Below are positions 1 to 12,315 of a stretch of DNA of 64,000 nt, piece by piece. Each line of letters begins with the position of its first letter. Position 1 is the stretch's first letter. Source of the DNA: Octopus sinensis (taxonomy: Eukaryota). The notes beneath the pieces are model-generated. The model made no database searches. It was not told the DNA's origin and saw only the letters and a program-made list of their open reading frames with translations. The DNA lies in the NCBI RefSeq assembly GCF_006345805.1, contig NC_043013.1, positions 46,066,001 through 46,130,000 of the forward strand, read 5' to 3'. The position numbers and the translations under genes were made by a program.

Positions 1-623
1 TAATTTTGTAGGGTCACCGTAACATCTGCAGTCCCTGTTCTCATTCTGACTTTTGGTAACGGAAGAGATCATTGATTTCAATTCCCATCAAAATAAATTG
101 TCATGTAAACAGCTGAATCGAGCCACTTGGCTTCTCTGTTGACAGTGATGTGTCTAATCTTACTACAAGATGCTGCTTAGATAGAAGAGTCAGTACAGCA
201 TATATAATCTTATCATTCAAACAGTATTTAATTGATTTCGTCGACTTCAATGATTTTAGTAAAATCTGTCCACGTTCCATTAGATGTTGTTATCTTTCTA
301 TAAACTTTCTCCAGTGTAGCATCTGCTTGCTCGCAATCAATCTCAACTTTATTATCGATCCTTTAAACAAATGACTTTTAAGTTACAAAGATTTTGTTTC
401 ATTTGATGATGAAAGCATACAACCATTGTTATTCAATCATCTCACAATTTTGAAGGGCTCCCTTTGTGGCTGTGATATTTAACATCCTTCCTGTCTTCAC
501 ATTTCAGGACTTTTATAGTCGAGGGATCAAGATCCTTAAGCTTGTAACTATAAGATATGTCGCGTCTTTCGTTGTAATTCAGTTATTATTATCTTACTAA
601 GAGTATCTTGCTAAGGCGGCAAT

Positions 624-947
624 GTGAAGGCACGTGTCTTCGTAGTTAAAATATTCAGCTCGCGATCGTAGGGTCGTGAGTTCAATTCCCAGCGACGCGT
701 TGTGTCTCTTGAGCAAGACACTTTATTTCAGGTTGCTGCAGTCCACTCAACGGGCAAAAATGAGTAGTACCTGTATTTCAAAGGGCCAGCCTTGTTGCAT
801 TCTTTGTCACGCTGCATCTCCCTAAGAACTATGTTAATGGTACACGTGTCTGCGGAGTACTCATCCACATGCACGTTAATTTCACGAGTAAGCTGTTCTG
901 TTGGTCAGATCACCTGGAACCCTCGTCGTCGTAACCGACGAAGTGAC
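624..947 (+). mobile_element. tRNA-derived SINE, head D + tail X
   Basis: Degenerate box A/B head (GTGAAGGCACGTG...GAGTTCAATTCC) and CTTGAGCAAGACACTT core. From GTACCTGTATTTCAAAGGG to CGTCGTAACCGACG the tail matches the copies at 32208 and 33370. Confidence 0.75.
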
Positions 948-949
948 AG

Positions 950-1100
950 TTTCTTTTTTTTTTTTAATGCAGCACCTCTTATATTTTAAGGTAACACCCT
1001 TTATTTTTCGAGCACCTTCCGGAGTATTCGAGCAGTTCCAAGCAGTGTTGTTTTCTGCAAGTGATCCACCCTTGTTGCAGCCCCTATTTGTTCCATGTGC
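950..1100 (-). mobile_element. 3' end of an R4/Dong-like non-LTR retrotransposon, 5'-truncated, abutting (TAA)n
   Basis: Minus strand reads KHMEQIGAATRVDHLQKTTLLGTARILRKVLEK*, resembling the R4/Dong C-terminal motif QK..LLGTA.ILRKVL. A short 3'UTR and an A-tract follow. Confidence 0.65.
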
Positions 1101-1170
<70 letters not shown>

Positions 1171-1237
1171 TACTATTATTATTATCATTATTACTATTAC
1201 TATTATTATTATTATTATTATTATATTATTATTATTA

Positions 1238-1278
<41 letters not shown>
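1101..1278. repeat. (TAT)n microsatellite
   Basis: Directly visible. Confidence 0.95.
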
Positions 1279-1838
1279 GACAGAGAGAGAGCAGTGCATG
1301 CCATTAAAGTGACACTGGGGTAAAAATATACGAAGCCCAGTATACCCTTCATGACTACCCGTCTGATAAGGGTACACTAGGCACATGCATCACAATCATA
1401 CGTGCGCGACATGGTGATCTCATATCAAGATAAACAGCGCATAACTTTGCAGGTGAGGCCCAGTTAGAATTTTCTTCTGGTCGAGTAATCCTTCCCGCTC
1501 AAAAGGTCCCCGAATAAGGGTTGTTTAAGGATTTTGAACGAACCTCCCATGTTTCCAAAGGTGAATTATCTAAACCTCTAAGAATTCCTTTCAACACACG
1601 GCTATGATGCTCCCCCACTACTTCTGCTCATGGTCAGAGATGCACATATCATCAGCCACTAAGGGATATGGGCAACTGGTTAAGGTCAAACAAATGACAA
1701 GCAAATCTGTGGTATTGAGCAGAATATTACTGTAGCCCATCTTTTATACCAAGACAAAACAATGTACATGATAACACTTACAATCAGTTAAGATCAGAGG
1801 CCATGAGAGCCACTGTCTGGTACAGCATCGGGGCATTT
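1279..1838. mobile_element. ~560-bp non-coding interspersed element embedded between (TAT)n tracts
   Basis: Non-repetitive block flanked on both sides by TAT/ATT repeats. An internal part (about 1580-1735) recurs at about 40550-40685. Confidence 0.55.
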
Positions 1839-1857
1839 ATTATTATTATTATTACTA

Positions 1858-1929
<72 letters not shown>
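1839..1929. repeat. (ATT)n microsatellite
   Basis: Directly visible. Confidence 0.9.
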
Positions 1930-2234
1930 GATGGGGAACTGGCAGAATCATCAGATCGTTGGTTCAAATTCCATCACGCTCATCTTCGTATTTAAACCTT
2001 TTGGGGTAAATAAAATTAGTACCAGTCAAATAATGGCGTCAATATCAACGATTAACACTCTCCCACAAAATGCCTGGCCTTGTGCCTTTGCAATAAATCA
2101 CAGTTCTTATTAATAACAGGAAGCATATAACAGAATGTACATAAGAGAGAACACAATGCCTTTTGGCTTTTAGTTACTTGTCTTTAAGTTTTAAGCTCTA
2201 ATCCCTCTGAGGTCAAGTTTGCTTTTTCACTCCT

Positions 2235-2498
2235 GTGAAGGCGCGTGGCCTAGTGGTTAAGCTGTTGCACTCACGCTTGCTTGATCGTAGGTTCGATTTC
2301 ATGACTAGGTGCCGTGTTGTGTTCTTGTGCAAAACACTTCATTTTACACTGCTCTAGTCCTCATTCGATCAGTGGGGATGGTAGGCCTACTCGCCTAGCC
2401 AGCGGGGCGGCGTCATTTGGGGGCTAAATCAATGCAAAAGAGCATTGCGACCAGCGATGTGTAACAATATCTGATAGCCTGGTCGAGCACGTGGTCAC
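2235..2498 (+). mobile_element. tRNA-derived SINE, head D + tail Y
   Basis: GTGAAGGCGCGTGGCCTAGTGGTTAAG box A and GTTCGATTTC box B. The tail CATTGCGACCAGCGATGTGTAACAATATCTGAT matches the minus-strand tail at 37428-37525. Confidence 0.65.
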
Positions 2499-2835
2499 GG
2501 GTTGGTGATGAGGTCGTTATGAAAACGTACCTGGGGTAGATTCAGTTGACTAAACCCCATAATTTTTAGTCCAGAGTTCAAATCCCACTGTGGTCGAATC
2601 GGTATTGTATCTTTCTCGGGTCGATATGTACCAGTCGGATGCTGGCGATGACGTAATCGGCCGTTGTTCAACCACAAATTTATTACTGTGCATCAACCTG
2701 AGAAATTATTATTTATTGAGAAACGACTGAGTCAGACGTGTCTGTGAATGCAGGAAGCGTTATTTACTACCACTGGATGTAAGTTAATTTTTATTGCTTC
2801 ATAATATTTGTAGCACATTTAGCAAAGAGATAGAG

Positions 2836-2943
<108 letters not shown>

Positions 2944-3574
2944 TGTGTGTGTTTGTCGATGAATATCTCTGTTCAAGGGAAAGAATATTTGAACTTTATT
3001 TGGACTTCGTCCAGATTCACATCTCACATAAAAGATTCACCTTTCGTTTGACGTCTAACAAGTTCGCATTTTTACATTTCTGCTTTTAATTTCTTTTTCC
3101 TTTTTTTTTCGTCTTTAGCGCTTTTTATATTTTCTCTTTATATCAACTTATAACAACTTAAAGAGCTTCTGCGTGGTCAGGCAACCTGTTAGAAACGGCA
3201 GCCAAATTACATGCTACCATCATAAAAACGAAATTACGTATTGAATAATGCAGCCCAAGATGTCTGAATAAAGAAAACGGATTGACGTAGTGATGAGTAT
3301 AGCTTTACTGTCTGACCAATGCTATTTTTTTTCTTTAATACAGAGCTAGGCAAAAGTAGGTGTACAATTGCTAAATATAAGTGAAATGTCCTTTTCATTT
3401 ATCTATTTCTATTTAGGATAAGAATTCTATCATTACGTTTATATATTTGCTTTGTAAGATTTTTTTATGTGAAATCGTGTGTTGAAACAGATATTGTTGT
3501 ATTTAGGAATGGCCGAAATAAGATTAAAATTAATGTAAAAAATGAATAACGCTGAAGCAAAGTAACACCAAATA

Positions 3575-3990
3575 TACAGTGCGTGTGTTTTTATTGGCTA
3601 AACCGGCAAAATTACCATTCCTAAATACAACAATTCTATCATTCTATGTTCTTTTTAATTAATTCTTTCTATAATAAAATAATTATTCCTAATTTCGAAT
3701 AGTGTATGCCTGGAAATTTGATGAAAGATGAAGGAAAGTGAATCAGCAAGCAGCACTGGAAAATAGAAAATGCAGAAATGGTTAGACAGAACTGGACTGA
3801 AGAATTTCAAAGACCAGCTCTGTCAAGATTAACGGTTTACGGAATACGTGACAAATTTGAGCGGACTGGGTTCATCTGCAATCCACAGAAAACTGGTTTC
3901 CGGTCAGTGTCCCTACTGAAGAAAATGAAATGCTTGTGGCTCAAGCACTCACTGAAAGTCCCCAGAAATGAAAAAGGAAGGGGCTTCCAA
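3575..3990 (+). mobile_element. Tc1/mariner-like transposase N-terminal (DUF4817-like HTH) remnant
   Basis: ENAEMVRQNWTEEFQRPALSRLTVYGIRDKFERTG, then after a frameshift VPTEENEMLVAQALTESPQK. This resembles the HTH-RSGRP-ENxxxV...SP pattern of such transposases. Confidence 0.55.
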
Positions 3991-4047
3991 TGAACCCTTT
4001 GTCAACTTATGAATCGTTTAGGTTTAATAAAAAAAAAAAAAGAGAAA

Positions 4048-4479
4048 TAGGCACAGGAGTGGCTGTGTGGTAAGTAGCTTGCTAACCAACCACATGGTTC
4101 CGGGTTCAGTCCCACTGCGTGGCATCTTGGGCAAGTGTCTTCTGCTATAGCCCCGGGCCAACCAATGCCTTGTGAGTGGATTTGGTAGACGGAAACTGAA
4201 AGAAGCCTGTCGTATATATGTATATATATATATATAAGTGTGTGTGTATGTTTGTGTGTGTGTATGTTTGTGTGTCTGTGTTTGTCCCCCTAGCATTGCT
4301 TGACAACCGATGCTGGTGTGTTTACGTCCCCGTCACTTAGCGGTTCGGCAAAAGAGACCGATAGAATAAGTACTGGGCTTACAAAGAATAAGTCCCGGGG
4401 TCGATTTGCTCGACTAAAGGCGGTGCTCCAGCATGGCCGCAGTCAAATGACTGAAACAAGTAAAAGAGTAAAAGAGTAA
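4048..4479 (+). mobile_element. SINE family B, full length
   Basis: Box A TGGCTGTGTGG, box B GGTTCAGTCCC, CTTGGGCAAGTG core-like segment, internal (TA)n(TG)n and (GTAAAAGA)n tail. More than 10 homologues in the window. Confidence 0.85.
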
Positions 4480-5129
4480 ATGAAAAAGAACATTCCATTC
4501 ATATTAAGCAACTGTATACCTACTTTTGCCTATCCCTGTATTTTTCTTAAATGTTGAAGTAAACAAAATAGTGAAACAACTTTTAAATATTTAGACTTTG
4601 AAATATTTATGTGAAAGATCAGAGAAAAGTTGAAGTCGAAGAGTAAAACACGAAATCGTTGAAATGAAAAGTGGAAGTGTTTGATGGGGTTGCAAATCGG
4701 AACTAGCGCCCTTTATTTCAGGTTTTGCCAACAAGACAAAAAAGATTTTTATAAACAAATAGAAACGGAAGTTGTTTACTCGAGATCTGCCCTGATCTAG
4801 TCGACCTACGATCAAAGACATCGACGCGACCGTCTAATCTGGTTTTCAGACATAGTATACCTAGGGCTAAATTACACAGTATGTTTCGTGTTGTTTAAGA
4901 CAGCAAAGTGTGGTTTAAGAGTGATTCAGCTACTACTTCTGACAAGTCGTTCAACCACTTTAGAAAGTTTATTCTGAACAGCTAAGGGCCGGAGGTGATA
5001 CTGCAAAGCAGCCCCTCCAGTTCCACTTATCTGTCTCCTTGGATTGGTACATTTTGTTATCGACTTCGAAAGATGAAAGGCAAATATATCCTTGACGCAA
5101 TTATCCGATGCTCTAATGACTCCAATATG

Positions 5130-5181
<52 letters not shown>

Positions 5182-5264
5182 ACACTGATGACTGCTTACT
5201 TTGTAGTTTCGTCTGTTTCACGAGGCCAGTATCGGTGAAACTCGGAAGTATCCATTCACTATTA

Positions 5265-5953
5265 GCTTTTATCTTATACATGTTTCAGTCGTTTGACAGT
5301 GGCCATGCTGCAGCACCACATTGAAAGGTTTTAGTCGAACAAATCGACCCCGCGACATATTTTTAAGCCTGGTACTTATTCTATCGGTGTCTTTTGCCGA
5401 ACTGTTATGTTGCGGGGGCAGAAACACACCAATATCAGTTGTCAAGCGGTAGTGGAGGACTCATAAAGACACACAGATATCTATATCTATATATCTATAT
5501 CTATATCTATATCTAGCTATCTATCTATCTATCTATCTTTATATATATATATATATATATATAAGTTCAGCAACAATTTAGATTCAAATGAATATGGCAC
5601 TTAATTTGGATGCACCAGAATTTTTTATGGTGTTACCCATAAAAATATGCGGGGTGATTATAATCAAAAATAAGCAACAAGTATGAATCCGGTAATTTAG
5701 TACTAACTACACTACCTCATGTTCCTGAGATTCATATCTACATTTTTATCTGTATATTTACCTTCCCTAAGATGTTATTAATTGATCTGAGAACTTTATG
5801 TTATTGGAAAACCTATATAAAATTAGCTGAAGATTACTCGACATCTTAAATCTGCTGTAATATTTACAGCTTTTAATAAAATGTAGTAGTATGAAACAAT
5901 AGTACTAAATTACCGGATTCATTCTTGTTGCTTATTTTATTTATATATATATA

Positions 5954-6001
<48 letters not shown>

Positions 6002-6002
6002 A

Positions 6003-6040
<38 letters not shown>

Positions 6041-6195
6041 TCGACAGGCTGCTTTAAGTTTTCGTCTACCGAATCCACTTGCAAGATTCTGGTCGGTTAT
6101 AGTAGAAGACACTTGTCCAAGGTACCACGTTGTGGGATTGAACTCAGAAGTATGTAGTTGGGAAGTAAACTTCTTACTGGACAGCCACGCCTGAC
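5265..6195 (-). mobile_element. SINE B split by insertions in its internal microsatellite
   Basis: 5' half at about 6040-6195 and 3' half at about 5265-5470, same orientation, separated by microsatellites and the inverted-repeat element at 5667-5938. Confidence 0.6.
5667..5938. mobile_element. MITE-like element with 39-bp terminal inverted repeats
   Basis: 5667-5705 and 5900-5938 are reverse complements with 1 mismatch. The interior is AT-rich and non-coding. Confidence 0.55.
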
Positions 6196-6559
6196 AACGT
6201 ATTTTGATTTTAGAATGAAGTTATCAGGGTCCATTGTTCAGTGCGTGTTCAGAGTTCTCAAGGATACAAATCTAAGCGATGATATATATATATATAAGCA
6301 ATTATAACAGACGATGGACAAAGGTCAGTTCACTACAGCTGATTCCTACGCATTTTTAATAAAGTATACCAAACGACCTATGATCAACACAACGTGTGCT
6401 TTGGACCAACCCCTAGCCACTAAATGCTCGTAGCAGTGGTTTTCTCTGTGTGCACAACCTGATCATTCTACTGGATACTTAATCGACCACAGATGGCGAC
6501 AAGTTAATCCAATCCTACTTGGTGCATATTCTTTAAGTACCAGATTCTCTCAGGAATTC

Positions 6560-6632
<73 letters not shown>

Positions 6633-7459
6633 GATCTATCTATCTATTCTATATATTTGTGTGTGTGTGTGTGTATATATATTTTTTTTTCTGTTTGTGT
6701 GTATGTATGTATCATTGTATGTAAATATAGCAGTTTGACTCAGCTCCACATTTATTAAAGATTTGTGGGACCAGTACACGTCTATACACCTGATGTTCGT
6801 AGTCACTGTAAAAAGAATTTTTTTTTTAATCCAAAATATTTCTTGGTGACTGCATTTAGACTTTCATTGGTTAGTTCGGGTGACAGAGTGTTGTTTTAGC
6901 TATCTTAGAGACATCAGTTCTTTCACTAGAAACCAGACTTGTTAGAGTAGACAAGATATTGACGTCAATTTGTCAACATTCTGTGAGACATCAGTAGAGA
7001 TGGAAACGGATTTGATTGTATCGCATTACATATGAGTTGGTCGGTATGAAGGAATTCACACCTCTAAATCTAAAAGAGAGTTCCGAATAGAAAGGTAACC
7101 TGATCTAATCCTCTATGCAAACTAGATGCTTCCAATAATAAAGCTAAGAGCTTCTTGATGCTAATTCGAAAGCATTTCCCAACATACCATAGCTATCACG
7201 AAATACTTTAAATACTATATCGTAATATAAAAACAGAAGCCAACCGTAGGCGTACAAACTTATCCCGACACTCCAGCATGTAACTTTTGAAATTCTACTA
7301 TTTGCCCATTGGGAGGATCTTGTCTTCCAAAGTCTGTTACCTATAGGGTTTTCCTCACATTAACCGATGATATCACGAGATACTACACTATCATGACATC
7401 CAATGACTTTTAGAAAAGATACACACAACACATGTACTCCTTCAGGTGTAGGGACACCA

Positions 7460-7864
7460 CTACCCACTAGGGGATAAACACAGAGAGGACAAACAAGGAC
7501 AGACAAACGGATAAGTCGATTATATCGACCCCAGTGCGTAACTGGCACTTATTTAATCGACCCCGAAAGGATGAAAGGCAAAGTCGACCGCGGCGGAATT
7601 TGAACTCAGAACGTAGCGGCCGACGAAATACCTATTTCTTTACTACCCACTAGGGGCTACACACAGAGAGGACAAACAAGGACAGACAAACGGATAAGTC
7701 GATTATATCGACCCCAGTGCGTAACTGATACTCATTTAATCGACCTCGAAAGGATGAAAGGCAAAGTCGAACTCAGCGGAATTTGAACTCAGAACGTAGC
7801 GGCCGACGAAATACCGCTAAACATTTCGCCCGGTGCGCTAACGTTTCTGCCAGCTCGCCGCCTT
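7460..7864 (-). mobile_element. SINE family A dimer
   Basis: Head AAGGCGGCGAGCTGGCAGAA plus two body units joined at AAAGAAATAGGTATTTCG. Confidence 0.85.
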
Positions 7865-8534
7865 TATGATATATATCTAATACCAACAAACCGGTTGTCT
7901 CCCCCCGTAGTAACTATTGTATCAGAAATAGCACAGTAGAGTGCAGATTACCTATTGCCAAGTCCCCGACTTTTTTTTTATATGTAGGGGCTTTCAATGA
8001 AAGGTCTTATGTCACTAAGATAACTAAAATAATCACATGAGCTTAACTGGCCAATGATGGCCTTCTCATCCAGAAGACATTTTCATAGTTTCCTTCATTT
8101 TTTTTCAAATTTGAATTCTTTTCATTCTGCACAAACTTCTGATGATGCAGAAGTGGGTTTTTTTCTGCGCTGGAACTAAGTCAAACTGCTATTTAATACA
8201 AACAAATTCAATTAAATATAATGATACTGAGTGCTATTTTCTTTCGTTTGTTCACTCACACGAATATATTTGTATGTATGCATGTATGTATGTGTACGTA
8301 CGAATGCATGTGTGTATATATCTAAACATACATATATATATATACTTATATACACATATATATACATGCATACATATATGTATTCTCTTTTCTTATTTCT
8401 TTTATTCTTTCTCCACGTTTCAGCCCTATATATTTGTATTCATGTATGTATAAATATGTGTGTGTATATATATATATATATTCTCGTACCACGTTTCAGC
8501 CCTGTATATCTGTATGTGTGTATGTATATATATG

Positions 8535-8598
<64 letters not shown>

Positions 8599-8849
8599 TA
8601 TATACATATACTACTGCTACTACTACTACTACTACGTGGCATCATATTAAAATACCTTTAAGGTTAAAATTATAAACAAGGGCTAAAGAAAATTATTTCT
8701 ATGCCAATATGTTGATAACATACTTTTAAATCGTCAATTTCTACATATCATTTACTCGCTACAGAAAACATGTAGAGCTGAAGTCGAGGAAAGCTGGCCA
8801 ACAGAATTTTTTTTAATGTTCGTTATTTCTATATTCAATATATAGAAAT

Positions 8850-9391
8850 ATAGAGGACGATGTTATTGTTGTTTTTAGCCCCAGGAAGACATCTCCTCCA
8901 GCTGGCTAACGACACACTGTCTGTATCCGATTAGTATTTGCGAGAGGAGATCATCGCTCCCATCTCTAGCCTTACGTGATACACACAGACTCGGGTTTCT
9001 GGTTAGTTTCATCACCAGATAGTGAAGAAAACTCATTCCACTCACTATATACTATATACTTTTTCCAGCGACAAACTGTATCCGGTTTACCTTTCGCTTA
9101 GAGATTTATTATAGCTTATTTCTCCTTTCTCTAGATCAGCGTCAGTTTGTCGCCGGAAAAAGCATATAGCATTTTGCGAGTGGAATAAGTTTTCATCACT
9201 AGCTCGTGATTACCACACACTGAAGACGAGTAACTACCCCAGAAACACGGGTCTATGTGTACCATTTAAGGCAAGAGATGGGAGCGATGACCTCCCCTCG
9301 CAAATACTAATCAGACATAGACAGTGTGTCGTTAGCCAACTGGAGGAAATGTCTTCCTATGGCTAAAAACAACAGTAACATCGTCCTCTAT
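8850..9391. repeat. Fold-back element, ~230/250-bp arms, ~65-bp spacer
   Basis: 8850-9078 is the reverse complement of 9143-9391, with an internal indel and scattered mismatches. Confidence 0.85.
9214..9260 (+). ncRNA. Degenerate minimal type I hammerhead ribozyme
   Basis: CACACA-CTGAAGA-CGAGTAACTACCCCA-GAA-ACACGGGT-C-TATGTGT. Stems I and II are imperfect. Confidence 0.4.
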
Positions 9392-9500
9392 GGGACCGCC
9401 ACATTTACGATTCCATACTGTTACTGTTTACCTCTCACTCAGAGATTTAATATAGCTATATATATATACATATATATACATTATATATATATAAATATAT

Positions 9501-9755
9501 ACATTCCTGCTCCAGAGCGTCGGCTGCGGGGTCGCTCCGAAAAGCTCTATCTGCGACGATTTCATCTCAATCGAAGGAGAGGGGCTTTCTCCGTCCGGGT
9601 TGCGGATCCGTGGAATAAGCTGCCGGACGAGATAGTGAAGATGCCGACGACCGCTCGGTTCAAAGTCTCCCTTTGCATGAACACCACCCTGTACATAACT
9701 CCATGTCCCCCTACATGGCCTTGCTTTTTGCTTTTTGAGCCAAAAATAAACTGAA
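9501..9755 (+). mobile_element. CR1/L2-like LINE 3' end
   Basis: RLRGRSEKLYLRRFHLNRRRGAFSVRVADPWNKLPDEIVKMPTTARFKVSL matches the CR1-group terminal motif RGH..KL...R..F...RV...WN.LP.......FK. Confidence 0.75.
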
Positions 9756-9782
9756 CTTTATATATATATACATTATATATAT

Positions 9783-9861
<79 letters not shown>

Positions 9862-9862
<1 letters not shown>

Positions 9863-10738
9863 TGGATCATCCCATAAGTAATGGGGTTTTTTTATGCGTC
9901 GTTTATTTTTCAAAATTAAGATAAAGTTCTTTCTTTAATCTAAAATGTATTCGCCTTCATTTTCTACAATGCTCTTCCATCTATCCGGTAGACTTCCAAA
10001 ATTCACTTGTCCGTGACGAAAAGTACTCCTCCAGTACTGCTCTGACCTCGTCTACAGAATTCATATTGATCCACATGATTCTGAAGATTGTGGAATAAGT
10101 GATAATCAGATGGGGCAATGTCCGGCAAATATGGTGATTGGGGCTTCGTTTCTCATTCAAACTGCTGCAGCCTTTGTAATATCATACTCACTGTATCCTG
10201 GTGGAAGAACACCCTTCATCTTGAAACCAAAGATGGTCGTTTTTCTTCTAGCGCTGGCTTGAATGACTGGTTGAATGACCAGATCCAAGCCTCTCTGTTA
10301 GTTAAGATGGGATTTTGTTTCACCAGGGTTTGCAGAATGTCCTCGTCGAGCTCTACAGATCTTCCAGGGTGGAGCTCGTCTTCTAGTCTGTAGTAGTTTC
10401 CGGCTTGGAATTACTGAAACCACTGTTGACACTGGCTTACGCTTATTGTCCGATCCCCATATACTGCATTAATATTCCTCGCACTTTCCATTCGGTTGTT
10501 GCCTTTATTGAACTCATAAAGCAAAATAAGCCAAATATGCTCCTTTGTCACTTCCATTATAGCTCTGGAAAAAATAACTGTTAAAATCGAACTGCACTCT
10601 TCAAAACTTGCACCAAGAATAAGCACAAGATAAAATTACTACCTGCTCTTATAGCAAGTTGATGCAGATAGTCTGTCCCGTCCTTCAACTTTTAGTTCAA
10701 GCAATTGAAAAAACCGCATAATTTATGGGATGACTCAA
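9862..10738 (-). mobile_element. Internally deleted mariner element with TIRs and TA TSD
   Basis: TIRs TTGGATCATCCCATAAGTAATG and TTGAGTCATCCCATAAATTATG, each flanked by TA. Minus strand gives MEVTKEHIWLILLYEFNKG...QCQQWFQ (ATG at 10557) and a C-terminal LPDRWKSIVENEGEYILD*. Confidence 0.85.
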
Positions 10739-10895
10739 TATATACTGTGTATATATATATATATATATATAATATATTATATATATATATATATATATTA
10801 TATATACATAATTATTGTTTGAGGGAATAAAATCCAAACTTACAAGGAAAAAGAATTCAATTTAGAAATACTAAATCAAATTCCACACAATATAA

Positions 10896-11081
10896 TATAT
10901 ATAAAATATTAGAAAAAAACCATCTTTTATCAATTCAAAATGAATAATTAAATTACACCATCTAGAAAATTACATATAATAGAAAAATTAAAAGTTCTAT
11001 TATATGTAATTTTCTAGATGGTGCAATTTAATTATTATTCATTTTGAATTGATAAAAGTTGGTTTTTTTCTAATATTTTAT

Positions 11082-11085
<4 letters not shown>
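10896..11085. repeat. AT-rich palindrome, ~90-bp arms, 10-nt loop
   Basis: About 10896-10984 versus 10995-11085; loop AAATTAAAAG. Confidence 0.8.
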
Positions 11086-11117
<32 letters not shown>

Positions 11118-11205
11118 CATACATATATGCATATATATACATACATATATATATATATAATATATATATATACATACATACATATAAGTATATACATACA
11201 TACAC

Positions 11206-11236
<31 letters not shown>

Positions 11237-11742
11237 TATAGTTATAAAAAACGTTGTATGATATATGAGATAGCCGAAATTAAAAGATAAAGAATAAATG
11301 AAGGAAGACTTATCTCTTATCTCTGTAAATGTTCTTTCTATCTGATAATTTTTCCCATCTTTTTATCTCTATCTTTGAACATCACCTGCTTTCGAACACC
11401 CGATCTTTCATGGCAGGCTTTTATTGATAAGATTTCCTACATGATTGATTCATTATTTTTAGAGTTTATATTTTAGCCTATCTCATATTATGTAACGCCG
11501 TTTGTTTTTAACTTACTCAATTACTTTCCTCGGAATATGTGAAAGGTGTAACACGTTGGCCAGTTTCAAAGAAAAACATGTGATAATTTTATATCTAGTC
11601 ATTTTTTTTTTGTTGTTGTTCTATTTTGTGTTCTTAACACTGGATTCTTTCTAATTATGAAATTCTCAGATCTGTATGTACGCATGCGTATATGAACTTA
11701 TGTACGTATACCTGAACGCCTGTAAGCCTGCACGTGCCTGTT

Positions 11743-11812
<70 letters not shown>

Positions 11813-11949
11813 CTGTGTTCGTGCGTGCATGCGAGCGTGTTACTGTGTATGCATTATACATGATACTAGATACTTTCATGCTTGTATTTGGCTCAGGATC
11901 CTAAGATTGTGGGTTCGATATCTGAACGATTCGTTCGTGCGTCAGACAC

Positions 11950-12315
11950 TACCTTACTCTTTACTCTTTACTCTTTTACTTGTTTCAGTCATTTGACTGC
12001 GGCCATGCTGGAGCACCGCCAGTACTTATTCTATCGGTCTCTTTTGCTGAACCGCTAAGTGACGGGGACGTAAACACACCAGCATCGGTTGTCAAGCAAT
12101 GCTAGGGAGACAAACACAAACACACACACACACATATATATATATATACATATATACGACGGGCTTCTTTCAGTTTCCGTCTACCAAATCCACTCACAAG
12201 GCATTGGTCGGCCCGAGGCTATAGCAGAAGACACTTGCCCAAGGTGCCACGCAGTGGGACTGAACCCGGAACCATGTGGTTGGTTAGCAAGCTACTTACC
12301 ACACAGCCACTCCTT
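11950..12315 (-). mobile_element. SINE family B, with a small internal deletion
   Basis: Homology to 4048-4479. Confidence 0.85.
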
